Notes under the pieces: generated by a model | Seen by the model: only the letters and a program-made list of their open reading frames with translations | What the model was told of the DNA's origin: nothing | Databases searched by the model: none | Part shown: one piece after another, positions 26,219 through 37,921 of the stretch | Layout of the letters: every line of letters begins with the position of its first letter | Position numbering within the stretch: the first letter of the stretch is position 1 | Source of the DNA: Octopus vulgaris | Taxonomy: Eukaryota | Assembly (NCBI GenBank): GCA_951406725.2 | Contig: OX597841.1 | Span: 17,236,001 to 17,300,000 of the forward strand | Length of the DNA: 64,000 nucleotides | Direction of reading: 5' to 3' | Translations under genes and position numbers: made by a program

Positions 26219-26479
26219 TCCAACCACGACCACCACCACCACCACCACCACCACCACCACAACCACCAATACCACGATCTCCCTCGGCATCAAATATTGA
26301 TACAAACTTCAAGTTAACGGAAAGTTCTGCAACACAAACATGGCCGCCGAACACGCTTTGATGGATTGTTTGGTAAATCTTATAGTGTCGTGGCGGTCTC
26401 TTGGTGGTAGCCGAACGGTAGTGGCTGCAGTAGTAGTGGGGGTTGCCATGGTAGTGAAAGGGGGGATGGTGGTGTTAAT

Positions 26480-27600
26480 GGCTATACTGTTACTGGCTGT
26501 GTGTTTTGTTGTAGTGGTCGTCGTTGTAGTGGTAGTGATAGCGGTGGTAGTGGTGGTGGTAGCGATTGTAGGGGTTATGGCGACGGTGGTAGTAGTAGAG
26601 ATGATAGTGGTGGTGGTGGTGGTGGAGGTGATTGTAGGGGTTGTGGCAACAGTGGTAGTAGTAGAGATGGTAGTGACGGTGGTGATAGTGGCGGTGGTGG
26701 TGGTGGTGATGGCGGTGGTGTGGTGGTGACTATACTGATAGGGGCTGTGTTGTTTTGTTGCAGTGGTTGAGGTAGTAATGGTTGCTGTGATGGTGGCGGT
26801 GGTGGTGGTGGTGATGATGGAGGTGATTGTAGGGGTTGTGGCGACCGTGGTAGTAGTAGAGATAGTAGTGATGGTGGTGACTATACTGTTAGGGGCTGTG
26901 TTGTTTTGTTGTAGTGGTGGTGGTGGTGGTAATGGAGGCGATTTTAGGGGTTGTGGCGACGGTGGTAGTAGTAGAGATGGTGGTGATAGTGGCAGTGGTG
27001 GTGGTGGTGATGGAGGCAATTGTAGGGGTTCTGGCGACGGTGGTAGTAGTAGAGATGGTAGTGGTGGTGGTGGTGGTGATGGTGGTGGTGGTGACTATAC
27101 TGTTAGGAGCCATGTTGTTTTCTGGTAGTGGTTGGGGTAGTAATGGTTGCTGTGATGGTGATGGTGGTAGTGGTGGTGGTGGTGATTGTAGGGGTTGCGG
27201 CGACGGTGGTGGTAGTAGTATAGGGGCTGTGTTGTTTTGTTGTAGCGATGGTGGTGGTGGTGGTGGTAATGGAGGCGATTGTAGGGGTTGTGGCGACGGT
27301 GGTAGTAGTAGAGATGGTGGTGATAGTGGCAGTGGTGGTGGTGGTGGTGATGGTGGTGGTGATGGTGACTATACTGTTAGGGGCTGTGTTGTTTTGTTGT
27401 AGTGGTTGTGGTAGTAATGGTTGCTGTGAAGTTGGTGGTGGTGATTGTAGGGGTTGCGGCGACGGTGGTTGTCGTTGTAGTGGTAGTGATAGTGGCGGTG
27501 GTAGTTGTGGTATAGTTGTTGTAACTATACTGTAGAGGCTGTGTTGTTTTGTTGTATTGGTTGTGGTAGTAATAGTTGCGTTGGTGGTAGTGGGGGTGGT
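26480..27600. repeat. Degenerate GTG-rich minisatellite (~140-210 bp unit; GACTATACTGTTAGGGGCTGTGTTGTTTTGTTG)
   Basis: Motif recurs near 26728, 26879, 27092, 27367 and 27524. Confidence 0.8.
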
Positions 27601-27989
27601 GACTGCTGTTGTAGTGGTTGTGGTAATAGTGGTTGCCGTCGTGGTGGGGGTTGTGGTGTTAGTCGCGATGGTGATTGTGGAGGTTATGGCGACGGTGGTG
27701 GTTGTTGTAGTTGTAGTGATAGTAGCGTTGGTGGTGGTGGTGGTGGTCGTCGTCGTTTTGATGATGGTGTGACGGTGGTGATGGTGATATGTTGATGGTG
27801 GTCGTCGCAGTGGTATAGCAATGGTTGTGGTGTTACAGCGCCATGGTGTTGGTGTTTATGGTGACGGTAGTGGTGATGGTTTCACTGGTGGTGGTGATGG
27901 TTGCAGTGGTAGTAGTGGTGATGGTTGTTGTTGTGGTGGTGGTGGTGGTGGTGGTGGTGACGATTGTGTCGGTGACGATAGCAAAGCGG

Positions 27990-28300
27990 TAGTAGTGGTG
28001 ATGGTCGCGGTGGCGATAGTGTTGATGATGGTGGTGGTGGTGGCTGTGGCGGTGTTGGGGGCAGTGGCAGTGGTGGTGATGGTCACGGTGGCGATAGTGT
28101 TGATGGTGGTGGTGGTGGTGGCAGTGGCGGTGGCGGTGTTGGGGGCAGTGGCAGTGGTGGTGATGGTCACGGTGGCGATAGTGTTGATGGTGGTGGTGAT
28201 GGTGGCTGTGGCGGTGTTGGGGGCAGTGGCAGTGGTGGTGATGGTCACGGTGGCGATAGTGTTGATGGTGATGGTGGTGGTGGTGATGGTGATGGTGGTG
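27990..28300. repeat. GTG-rich minisatellite, ~72-78 bp unit
   Basis: GATGGTCRCGGTGGCGATAGTGTTGATG occurs 4 times. Confidence 0.85.
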
Positions 28301-28324
28301 GCGGTGGTGGTATTGGTGGTAGCT

Positions 28325-28560
28325 GTGGACCCTGCGTAAGACATCAAACTGTATGCGGCGGTGAGGTTCCAGCTGGGGCGTTGAGGAGTTTGGAGGAAAC
28401 ATGGGGTTTGCTCTTCAGCCACCACTACCCACCCCCAGATCCGCTCTGGCCCAGGGTGGTAGCAGCCGACAGTGCCTAGCTGCCGCATTCCCAGGGTATC
28501 GCTTCCAACCCAAAGGCAGACTTGAACCTGTGACCCTCACGTGATGCAAGCTTTCACCTG
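28325..28560. mobile_element. Old SINE-like relic(s)
   Basis: GGTGAGGTTCCAG...CCCAGATCCGCTCTGGCCCAGGGTGGTAG resembles a molluscan SINE central domain (recalled); minus-strand B-box-like GGTTCAAGTC near 28520-28529. Confidence 0.35.
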
Positions 28561-28597
28561 AAATCTTTCATGCTCAAGAAACTGTGTGATGTGTGTA

Positions 28598-28598
28598 T

Positions 28599-28630
<32 letters not shown>

Positions 28631-28637
28631 GATAGTG

Positions 28638-28696
<59 letters not shown>

Positions 28697-28763
28697 CGTC
28701 GTAGTAGTAATAGTAATGGCAGCAGCAGTAGTAGAGGTGGTAGTAGCAGTAGTAGTAGTAGTT

Positions 28764-28808
<45 letters not shown>

Positions 28809-28809
28809 A

Positions 28810-28855
<46 letters not shown>

Positions 28856-28904
28856 GGTGGTGGTAGTAGTGGTGGTAGTGGTAGTAGTAGTAGTGGTGGT
28901 AGTG

Positions 28905-28936
<32 letters not shown>

Positions 28937-28988
28937 GGTAGTAGTAGTAATAGTAGTAGTGGTAGTAGTAGTAGTAATAGTAGTAGTG

Positions 28989-29024
<36 letters not shown>

Positions 29025-29250
29025 ATTGTTGTAATCACAGTTGTAGTCACATAAGTAGTAGTAGCAGCAGTCGTCATTGTAGTAGTAGTAGTAGTAGTAG
29101 TAGCAGCAGCAGCAGTCGTCGTCGTTGTTTCATAGTAGTAGTAGTAGTAGTAGTAGCAGTAATAGTAATTGTTGTTGTTGATATTGTAACAGTGGTGATG
29201 GTTGCACTGGTGATGGTAGTAGTAGTAGTAGTAGCAGCGGCAGTAGCAGC
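28598..29250. repeat. (GTA/GTG/GCA)n trinucleotide tract
   Basis: Direct inspection. Confidence 0.92.
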
Positions 29251-29682
29251 AGTTTAGCGCAAACGAAATGATTTTTTCTTTCTTTTTTTTCTTCTTTTTT
29301 CCTCTTTTTCTTTTTCATTTTCTTTTTTCTTTTTTTTTTTCTTCTTCTTTTTGCTGTTTTGCTTATATATATGAAGAATTTCCACAGAGCGTGGCACATC
29401 CTTAAGTAGGAAATAAACGACTTTAGTCGGTTGGCATTTGGTAAAAATTTCTCGATAAATATCGATGGAAATGTCTGCAAGAATTCACGATTTCCAATTA
29501 CTTCTTCAAACTTGCAAATTGCTGTAATAGAATGTTACAATTCTCCAATATACATAGAGGACACCTTCTGGAACCAATAATGCAGTAGGATGCGTGCTCT
29601 ACAATGGTCGATTCGATTTTATAATATATCAATCTTCCATCTTTTATCTTGATAATTTATCGTTCTTTTATCTTTTACCGTA

Positions 29683-30304
29683 TACTTGTTTCAGTCATTT
29701 GACTGCGGCCATGCTGGAGCACCGCCTTTTAGTCAAGCAAATCGACCCCGGGACTTATTCTTTGTAAGCCCAGTACTTATTCTATCGGTCTCTTTTACTT
29801 GTTTCAGTCATTTGGCTGCGGCCATGCTGTAGCACCGCCTTTTAGTCGAGCAAATCGACCCCGGGACTTATTCTTTGTAAGCCCAGTACTTATTCTATCG
29901 GTCTCTTTTACTTGTTTCAGTCATTTGACTGCGGCCATGCTGTAGCACCGCCTTTTAGTCGAGCAAATCGACCCCGGGACTTATTCTTTGTAAGCCCAGT
30001 ACTTATTCTATCGGTCTCTTTTGCCGAACCGCTAAGTGACGGGGACGTAAACACACCAGCATCGGTTGTCAAGCAATGCTAGGGGGACAAACACAGACAC
30101 ACAAATACACACAAGCATATACATATATATATATATACATATATACGACGTGCTTCAGTTTCCGTCTACCAATTCCACTCACAAAGCTTTGGTCGGCCCG
30201 GGGCTATAGCAGAAGACACTTGCCCAAGATGCCACGCAGTGGGACTGAACCCGGAACCATGTGGTTGTTTAGCAAGCTACTTACCACACAGCCACTCCTG
30301 CGCC
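29683..30304 (-). mobile_element. SINE family A with triplicated 113-bp tail
   Basis: Tail units start at 29683, 29796 and 29909. Confidence 0.9.
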
Positions 30305-30306
30305 TA

Positions 30307-30723
30307 TACTTGTTTCAGTCATTCAACAGCGGCCATGCTGGAGCGCCGCCTTGAATCCCAGTCTAGTACTTATTCTATCAGCCCCCTTTAGGCTCTAAAT
30401 ACATTTGAAGAATGAAGTGGTGAACAGTGTTTCTCTGAGTGTCTGAATGTATATATTAGTCGCCTGAAGCTTTCTTTGAAGGGATTGTCAGTTAACCCTC
30501 TAAAGCAGCGATACGTATACTTGTTTCAGTCATTCAACAGCGGCCATGCTGGAGCGCCGCCTTGAATCCCAGTCTAGCACTTATTCTATCAGCCCCCTTT
30601 AAGCTCTAAATACATTTGAAGAATGAAGTGGTGAACAGTGTTTCTCTGAGTGTCTGAATGTATACATTGGTCGCCTGAAGCTTTCTTTGAAGGGATTTTC
30701 AGTTAACCCTCTAAAGCAGCGAT
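30307..30723. repeat. Direct tandem duplication, ~211-bp unit
   Basis: 30307-30512 is nearly identical to 30518-30723; each begins with a deleted SINE A tail. Confidence 0.9.
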
Positions 30724-31098
30724 CAATACAGCTATCTTTCTACCTATCGACCTATCTATGTACCTACCACTTCCTCGCATACAAATCTATTGGCGTATAC
30801 ATGTAGCTACTTATTATTACATCTATATTTTGAAATGACATATTTAAAACTGGTAACAGGTTTGTGTTTATAAACATCACTGCTTATTGTTGTAACGCCG
30901 TATTTTAGTTACGGCCACCCGCTGAACAGTGCAACCAGTCCTTGAATGATGACGAGAATATCATAAGAGCGACCTGTCGCGCGTACCAGTTCATTACCAC
31001 CGCCATCCCAGTCTCTGCTGCTGAAGACGAAATAACTACTGCGAAATGCATGCATTCCACAGTCTGGTTCAGATGCATTTTCATCTATTTATTCTTTA

Positions 31099-31293
31099 AC
31101 TTGTTTCAGACGTTTGAACGCGGCCATGCTAGAGCACCCACTTAAAGGGTGCTGGTCGAAGAAATCGACCCCGGGACTTATTCTTTGTAAGCCTAGTACT
31201 TATCCTATCGGTCTCTTATGCCGAACCGCTAGGTTACGGGAAAATAAACACACCAGCATCAGTCATCAACCGATGCCGAGGGTATAAGCACAT

Positions 31294-31342
<49 letters not shown>

Positions 31343-31830
31343 TATATATATTTCAGGTCATCTCATAAGTTCTGTCCGAATTTTGAATAAGGAAAACAAG
31401 TGATCAAATGTTATATTCAATTGAAATTTAATCATCGTTTTATATGTGTGTGTGTATCTGTCTGTCTGTGTTTGTCCACCCCACCACCGCTTGCCAACCG
31501 ATGCTGGTCTGTTTATGTCCCCGTAACTTAGCGGTTGGGCAAACAGACCGATAGAATAAGTACTAGGCTTACAAAAGAATAAGTCCCGGGGTCGAGTTGC
31601 TCGACTAAAGGCGGTGCTCCAGCATGGCCGCAGTCAAATGACTGAAACAAGTAAAAGAATGAAAAGAATAAGAATACGACGGGCTTCTTTCAGTTTCCGT
31701 CTGCCAAATCCACTCACAAGGCTTTGGTCGGCGCGTGGCTATAGTAGAAGACACTTGCCCAAGGTGCCACGCAGTGGGACTGAACCTGGAACCCTGCAGT
31801 TGGGAAGCATGCATCCTACAACACAGACAT
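31099..31830. mobile_element. Cluster of SINE family A pieces (31099-31290 minus, 31460-31670 plus, 31676-31830 minus)
   Basis: Matches to the family A tail and head. Confidence 0.82.
31353..31437 (+). mobile_element. Possible Tc1/mariner terminal fragment
   Basis: TCAGGTCATCTCATAAGTTCTGTCCGAATTTTG next to a TA tract resembles a mariner-type TIR; no partner end found. Confidence 0.35.
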
Positions 31831-32022
31831 GATGCATGGCAAACTACCCAGTAAACTTCTTTCAAATATAACCTGAAGCAAATTTGAACCAGTAACATGT
31901 TAGCATCTATACACATCGCTGCTTGGCGCTGTTACCCCATATACCTTTTAGGATTCGATCCAGGTCGAGATTGTCCAAGGTTCTTTGATAGAAACCTTCT
32001 GTTTAACTGTGACCTGAATTAT

Positions 32023-32858
32023 TTTCTGTTCTAAGCACAGGGCCCGAAATTTTGGGGGAGTGGCCAGTCGTTTAGATCGATCCCCGTACGCTACTGGTAC
32101 TTAATTTATCGACCCTGAAAAGATGAAAGGCAAAGTCGACCTCAGCGGAATTTGAACTCAGAACGTAAAGACAGGCGAAATACTGCTAAACATTTCGCCC
32201 GGCGTGCTAATGTTTCTTATTTCTTTATTGCCCACAAGGGGCTAAACATAGAGGGGACAAACAAGGACAGACAAAGAGATTAAGTCGATTACATCGACCC
32301 CAGTACGCATCTGGTTCTTAATTTATCGATCTCCAAAGGATGAAAAGCAAAGTCGACCTCGGCAGAATTTGAACTCAGAACGTAACGGCATACGAAATAC
32401 GGTTATGCATTTCGCCGGGCATGATAACGTTTCTGCCAGCTCGCCGCCTTCGATATCGGATATATTCTTCTCTACTGAAAGCATAAGGCCAGAAATTTTG
32501 GTGGAAGGGGCCAGTCAATTAGATCAACCCCCAGTACACAACTGGTACTAAATTTATCTACCCTGAAAGGATGAAAGGCAAAGTCGACCTCGGCAGAATT
32601 TGAACTCAGAACGTAACGGCATATGAAATACCCATTTCTTTATTGCCCACAAGGGGCTAAACATAGAGGGGACAAACAAGGACAGACAAAGAGATTAAGT
32701 CGATTATATCGACCCCAGTGCGTAACTGGTACTTAATCGACCCCGAAAGGATGAAAAGCAAAGTCAACCTCGGCGGAATTTGAACTCAGAACGTAACGGC
32801 AGACGAAATACTGCTACGCATTTCGCCCGGCGTGCTAACGGTTCTGCCAGCTCGCCGT
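32023..32858 (-). mobile_element. Two SINE family B dimers in tandem
   Basis: Four GGATGAAARGCAAAGTCRACCTC blocks; heads near 32436-32449 and 32845-32858. Confidence 0.87.
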
Positions 32859-32874
32859 CTTTGCCCCTTGCATA

Positions 32875-33240
32875 TTAATTAAAACTTTCTTCCATCGAAG
32901 TTTGATGTTAATTTATGTTCGAAACTCTAACTTAATAATGACGAAGTTATTTTGCGAAATTCCACATTATTCTCGAAATTAATTCACACAAAAGCAGTGT
33001 ATTCCAACAGAAATATGATAATAATTGGATTAATAACGACGAAGTTATTTTACGGAATTCTTAATTATTTCCAAAATTAATTGAAACGAAAGTAGTGTAT
33101 TAATTGAAATAAAGGCAGTGTATTTCAGCAGAAATATGGTAACAAAAGGGGTTAATAATTATTTTGCTAATTTCTTAATTATTTTCAAAATTAATTAAAA
33201 CAATGGCAGTGTATACATTCTGTAGAAGTGCGGTGGCAAA
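32875..33240. mobile_element. Decayed piggyBac-like non-autonomous element end with duplicated subterminal blocks
   Basis: GAAATATGGTAACAAAAGGGG|TTAA at 33131-33155; GCAGTGTATT and AATTAATT blocks repeated 3-4 times. Confidence 0.5.
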
Positions 33241-33453
33241 ATGGATGTCTGTGAGTTAGTATGTGTGTGTCTGTGAGTGTGTGAGCGTCTCTATGTATGT
33301 GTTTGTATGTGTTTGTATTCATTTATCTAATTACGTAGTTACTTAATCATTTACATATTGATCTATCAATCTCTCTATCTGTCTGGCTGTCTATCTAGCT
33401 ATCTCTCTGTCTCTCTCTCTCTCTCTCCCTCCTATTTATCTAACTATCTGTCC

Positions 33454-33493
<40 letters not shown>

Positions 33494-33659
33494 CTATCTA
33501 TCTATCTACCCATCCATCCATCCCTCTCTCTCTTTCTCTCTCTATCTCTATCTATCTATCTATCTAACTCTCTCTCTCTATCTATCTATCAATCTGACTC
33601 TCTCTCTCCCTATCTCCCTCTCTCTCTATCTATCTATCGATCTGTCTATCTGTCTTACA

Positions 33660-33880
33660 CCTTACCACATAACACTGTGGTACACGACCCCTATTAATCG
33701 TTTTTTCTTCTTTTGTTTCTTTTCCTTTTTTTCTTTCTTTCTTCCTTCCCTTTTACGATCCCTTTTGATCGAAAACCTATCCCATCTTTATATATATTTT
33801 TTTATCTCACCCAAAAAGAAAAGCTCTACTTTGTAATCTGTCCCGTCTGTGTGCAGCCCTGTGTGGCTAATAAAGAAACA
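33660..33880 (+). mobile_element. LINE-like 3' UTR (family G) embedded in (TATC)n
   Basis: TTTACGATCCCTTTTGATCGA...AAAGCTCTAC...GTGTGCAGCCCTGTGTGGCTAATAAAGAAAC followed by (TATC)n; second copy at 43822-44222. Confidence 0.7.
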
Positions 33881-33916
33881 TATCTATCTATCTATCTGTC
33901 TATCTCTCTGTCTATA

Positions 33917-33947
<31 letters not shown>

Positions 33948-34068
33948 CTGACTCTCTCTCTATCTCTATCTATCTATCTATCTATCTACCCATCCTTCCA
34001 TCTATCTCTTTATCTATCTATCTATATCTATCTATCTATGTATCTATCTATCTATCTGTCTATCTATG

Positions 34069-34117
<49 letters not shown>

Positions 34118-34481
34118 GACTCTCTATCTATCTATCTGCATATCCATCCATCCATCTATCTCTTTATCTATCTATCTCTTTATCTATCTATATAACTGCC
34201 TATCGATCTATCGAGATCTATTTACCTATCTGTCGATCTATCTACATATCTTTTATCTATCTACTTATCTGTCTACCTAAGTATTTCTCTACCTTTTTTT
34301 ATCTCCATCCCTTTGATTATCAATCTACCTGTCGATCTGTCTATTTATCTACCTATGTATGTTTATTTATTTCTCTGCCAGTTTATGCATCTATCAATGT
34401 ACCTGTCTATTCATTTACCTATTTATCTGTCTGCCAATCTATCTGTCAGTATGTCCAACCATCCATGCATCCGCAACTTTT

Positions 34482-34830
34482 GCCCATCCCACTCAAAAGG
34501 TCCCTGAATAAGGGTTGGTTAAGGATGTTGAACGAAACACCCATGTTTCCAGAGGTGAATTATCCAAATCGCAAAGAATCCCTCTCAACACATGGCTATG
34601 ATGATCCCACACTAGTTCTGCTCATGATCAGAGATGCACATATCGTCAGCCACTAAGGGACATGCTCAACTGGTTAAGGTCAAACAACTGACAGACAAAT
34701 CTGTGGTATTGAGCAGAATATTTGCTGTAGCCCATCTTTTATATCAAGACAAAACAATGTACATGATAACACTTCCAATCAGTTAAGATCAGAAGCCATG
34801 AGAGCCACTGCCTGATACTGCATCAGGGCA
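34482..34830 (+). mobile_element. Non-coding element family N, right part
   Basis: Overlaps the end of 36089-36315 (CCCATCC..AAAAGGTCCCT) and matches 12075-12176; ends at (TAT)n. Confidence 0.65.
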
Positions 34831-34857
34831 TATTATTATTATTATTATTATTATTAT

Positions 34858-35214
34858 TCTATGTTTGACTTTTGCTTTATGTCTGTACAAGTTGGCTCCA
34901 AGTCTCACCCAGAGACCTCAAGAGACAACAGGTTGGAAGTTCATGTTGTTGTTATGCCTAGTGTGCCATATATTTGGTGGGGAGTTTTTGGTGTTGTACT
35001 AATGAATGTCTAAAAAAAAAATTTTTTATTTTTAAACCGAAAATGATGTTTGTTTTAAACCTTGAGATTACATAGAAAGTATTTTGCGTAGGATATGAGC
35101 AGTTTCCATGAGCACTATCTTTTGAGTTTCTGCCATTTTTGGGTTTCCTGGTATCTGAGTTAGGTAGCAATCAGCCCCTTTTGCTATCATTCCCAGGGCA
35201 CCTATGACAACAGG
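34858..35214 (-). mobile_element. R4/Dong-like LINE 3' end inserted in (TAA)n
   Basis: PVVIGALGMIAKGADCYLTQIPGNPKMAETQKIVLMETAHILRKILSM* plus ~210-bp 3' UTR; TAA repeats on both sides. Confidence 0.88.
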
Positions 35215-35384
35215 TATTATTATTATTATTATTATTATCATTGAACTTATTGAAAACACACGAAGTTTTGAAATAATGTTCATTCGATAACAGTCGCATT
35301 CTTCTTCGTCTTCTTATTGTTGTTGTTGTTGTTGTTGTTGTTTGTGGTGGTGTTATTTCCCTTTAATCTGAATGTTTGTTGCAG

Positions 35385-35710
35385 TCACTTGCCGAGACAC
35401 ACCCAGCCTCCTCGGGCGAGTGAAAGATAAGCGATATTACAGCATGACTGGAAGCTTGGGAATGTGGGGTGGCAAGGGAGGTAGCGAAATATCTTCATGT
35501 ATTACAACACAGACATTAATTTGATAAGGATGTGTGCAGTATATGTCAACACAATCGTTTGGATTTTTCTGAGATATGATTCTCCTGGGATGTTATTGAG
35601 ATATTTCTGACATCCCTTTTTTTCATACCTAGAGCAACTACAATGACAGGAATAGTTCTTGTTTTAAGATGCCACATCTATTTTATTTCAGTTCACAGGT
35701 CTTTATATTT
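35385..35710 (-). mobile_element. Older R4/Dong-like LINE 3' end (different subfamily)
   Basis: KYKDL*TEIK*MWHLKTRTIPVIVVALGM / frameshift / KYLNNIPGESYLRKIQTIVLTYTAHILIKLMSVL*; 5' side abuts (TAA)n. Confidence 0.78.
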
Positions 35711-35723
35711 ATTATTATTAACA

Positions 35724-35755
<32 letters not shown>

Positions 35756-35771
35756 GTTATTATTATTATTA

Positions 35772-35811
<40 letters not shown>

Positions 35812-36040
35812 GGTGGCGAGCTGGCAGAATCGTTAGCACGCCGGGAAAAATACTTAACAGCATATCGTTCGTCTCTATGTTCTGAGTTCAAATTCTGCCG
35901 AGGTCGACATAGCCTTTCATCTTTTCGGATGAAAAGATGAAATTAAGTACCAGTGAAATTAAGTACCAGTGAAACACTGGGGTCGATGTACTCGACTACT
36001 CCCCTCCCACCAAACTTCAGACCTTGAGCCTATAGTAGAA
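35812..36040 (+). mobile_element. SINE family B variant
   Basis: GGTGGCGAGCTGGCAGAATCGTTAGCACGCCG head, B-box and Meta-like domain. Confidence 0.82.
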
Positions 36041-36052
36041 ATGATGATGGTG

Positions 36053-36088
<36 letters not shown>

Positions 36089-36314
36089 GGGTGAGAGAGC
36101 AGTGCATGCCATGAAAGTAACACTGGGGTAAAATATACGAAGCCCAGTAGACCCATCATGACTACCCGTCTGATACGGGTACACCAGGCACATGCATCAC
36201 AACCATATGTGAGCGACATGATCTCATATCAAGATTAACAGCACATGACCTTGCAGGTGGGGCCCAGTTAGAATTTTCATCAGGTCGAGAAGCCCATCCT
36301 GCTTAAAAGGTCCC

Positions 36315-36315
<1 letters not shown>
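36089..36315 (+). mobile_element. Non-coding element family N, left part
   Basis: Flanked by (TAT)n on both sides; its end overlaps the start of 34482-34830. Confidence 0.6.
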
Positions 36316-36364
<49 letters not shown>

Positions 36365-36367
<3 letters not shown>

Positions 36368-36766
36368 GTTTGACTTTTGCTTTATATTTGTACAAGTTGG
36401 CTCCAAGTCTCACCCAGAGACCTCAAGAGACAACAGGTTGGAAGTTCACGTTGCTGTTATGCCTAGTGTGCCAAATATTTGGGGTTTTTTGGTGTTGTAC
36501 TAGTGAATGCCTAAAAAAAAAAACGGAAGTTATGTTTGTTTTAAACCTTGAGATTACATAGAAAGTATTTTGCGTAGGATATGAGCAGTTCCCATGAGCA
36601 CTATCTTTTGAATTTCTGCCATTGTTTGGGTTTCCTGGTATCTGAGTTTGGTAGCAATCAGCCCCTTTTGCTAACATTCCCAGGGCACCTATGACAACAG
36701 GTATTGTTTTAGTCTTCAGGTTCCACATTTTGCTGATTTCTATTTCAAGATCTTTATATTTGCTCA
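36365..36766 (-). mobile_element. R4/Dong-like LINE 3' end inserted in (TAA)n
   Basis: SKYKDLEIEISKMWNLKTKTIPVVIGALGM... with a frameshift; same 3' UTR as the 34858 and 49882 copies. Confidence 0.88.
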
Positions 36767-36788
36767 TTATTATTATTAGTAGTAGTAA

Positions 36789-37000
36789 GGCGGCGATCTG
36801 GCAGAATCGTTAGCACGCCAGTGAAACACGGGTCGATGTAATCGATTAGTCCCCTCCCACCAAACTTCAGGCGGTGAGCTGGCAGAATCGTTAACAAAGT
36901 GCTTAGCGGTATTTTGTCAATCTTAACGTTCTGAGTTCAAATTCTTTACCTCTCATCATTTCTGGGTCGATAAAAATAAATACCAGTTGAATATTTGGTG
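36789..37000 (+). mobile_element. SINE family B fragments
   Basis: Two heads GGCGGYGAKCTGGCAGAATCGTTA. Confidence 0.75.
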
Positions 37001-37052
37001 GTAAAATTGGAAACCATTGCTGTTGTTGTTATTTCATATAAGCATAACAGAT

Positions 37053-37275
37053 TACTCTTTACTCTTTTACTTGTTTCAGTCCTTTGACTGCGGCCATGCT
37101 GGAGCACCGCCTTTAATCTAGCAACTCGATCCCAGGACTTATTCTTTTTGTAAACCCAGTCCTACTTATTCTATCGGTCTCTTCTGCCGAACCGCTAAGC
37201 AACAGGGACACAAACACACCAGCATCGGTTGTCAAGCGATGCTAGGGGGACAAACACAGACACACAAACACACAC
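37053..37275 (-). mobile_element. SINE family A 3' half (head probably at 40572-40735)
   Basis: Tail ends at the internal microsatellite position. Confidence 0.85.
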
Positions 37276-37333
<58 letters not shown>

Positions 37334-37480
37334 TTGAAGTAGATAAATGAATTATATTATTACGGATAATTCAAATGATAACCGATACCTGGGTAGCAAA
37401 AATCACAACAGAAAAAGCACGGTTGAAGTTACGACCATGGGGCATAAAAACCGTGCCTTAGTGCGGAAATTTGAAGTTTT

Positions 37481-37885
37481 ATATATTAAGTGTAGGAAGA
37501 AATGGAGCTGAACGAAGATTTAACAAAATTCCTTTATATTATTTTCTACATATGTTTCGAAGGCTGCAAAGTCCCTAATTCGGATTGAATAAGGAGTCCA
37601 TTTTGCAGCTTTCTCTTCAGGAATATCCAGGAACTTAATTCTCCAACAAAATGCACAACAAGCTTTTCGACAAACGCTCACGAGGAGTCCATCGTGAGCG
37701 TTTGTCGAAAAGCTTGTTGTGCATTTTGTTGGAGAATTAAGTTCCTGGATATTCCTGAAGAGAAAGCTGCAAAATGGACTCCTTATTCAATCCGAATTAG
37801 GGACTTTGCAGCCTTCGAAACATATGTAGAAAATAATATAAAGGAATTTTGTTAAATCTTCGTTCAGCTCCATTTCTTCCTACAC

Positions 37886-37894
<9 letters not shown>
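37481..37894. mobile_element. Palindromic Penelope-like terminal repeat (203-bp arms, 8-nt spacer)
   Basis: 37481-37683 is the reverse complement of 37692-37894 with no mismatch seen by eye; each arm carries a hammerhead motif. Confidence 0.8.
37748..37835 (+). ncRNA. Type-I hammerhead ribozyme motif (mirror copy on the minus strand at 37540-37627)
   Basis: CTGAAGA 37755-37761; stem II GAAAGCTGCAAA/TTTGCAGCCTTC; GAAA 37817-37820; palindromic CATATG; GTA; weak stem I TTC/GAA. Confidence 0.7.
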
Positions 37895-37919
<25 letters not shown>

Positions 37920-37921
<2 letters not shown>

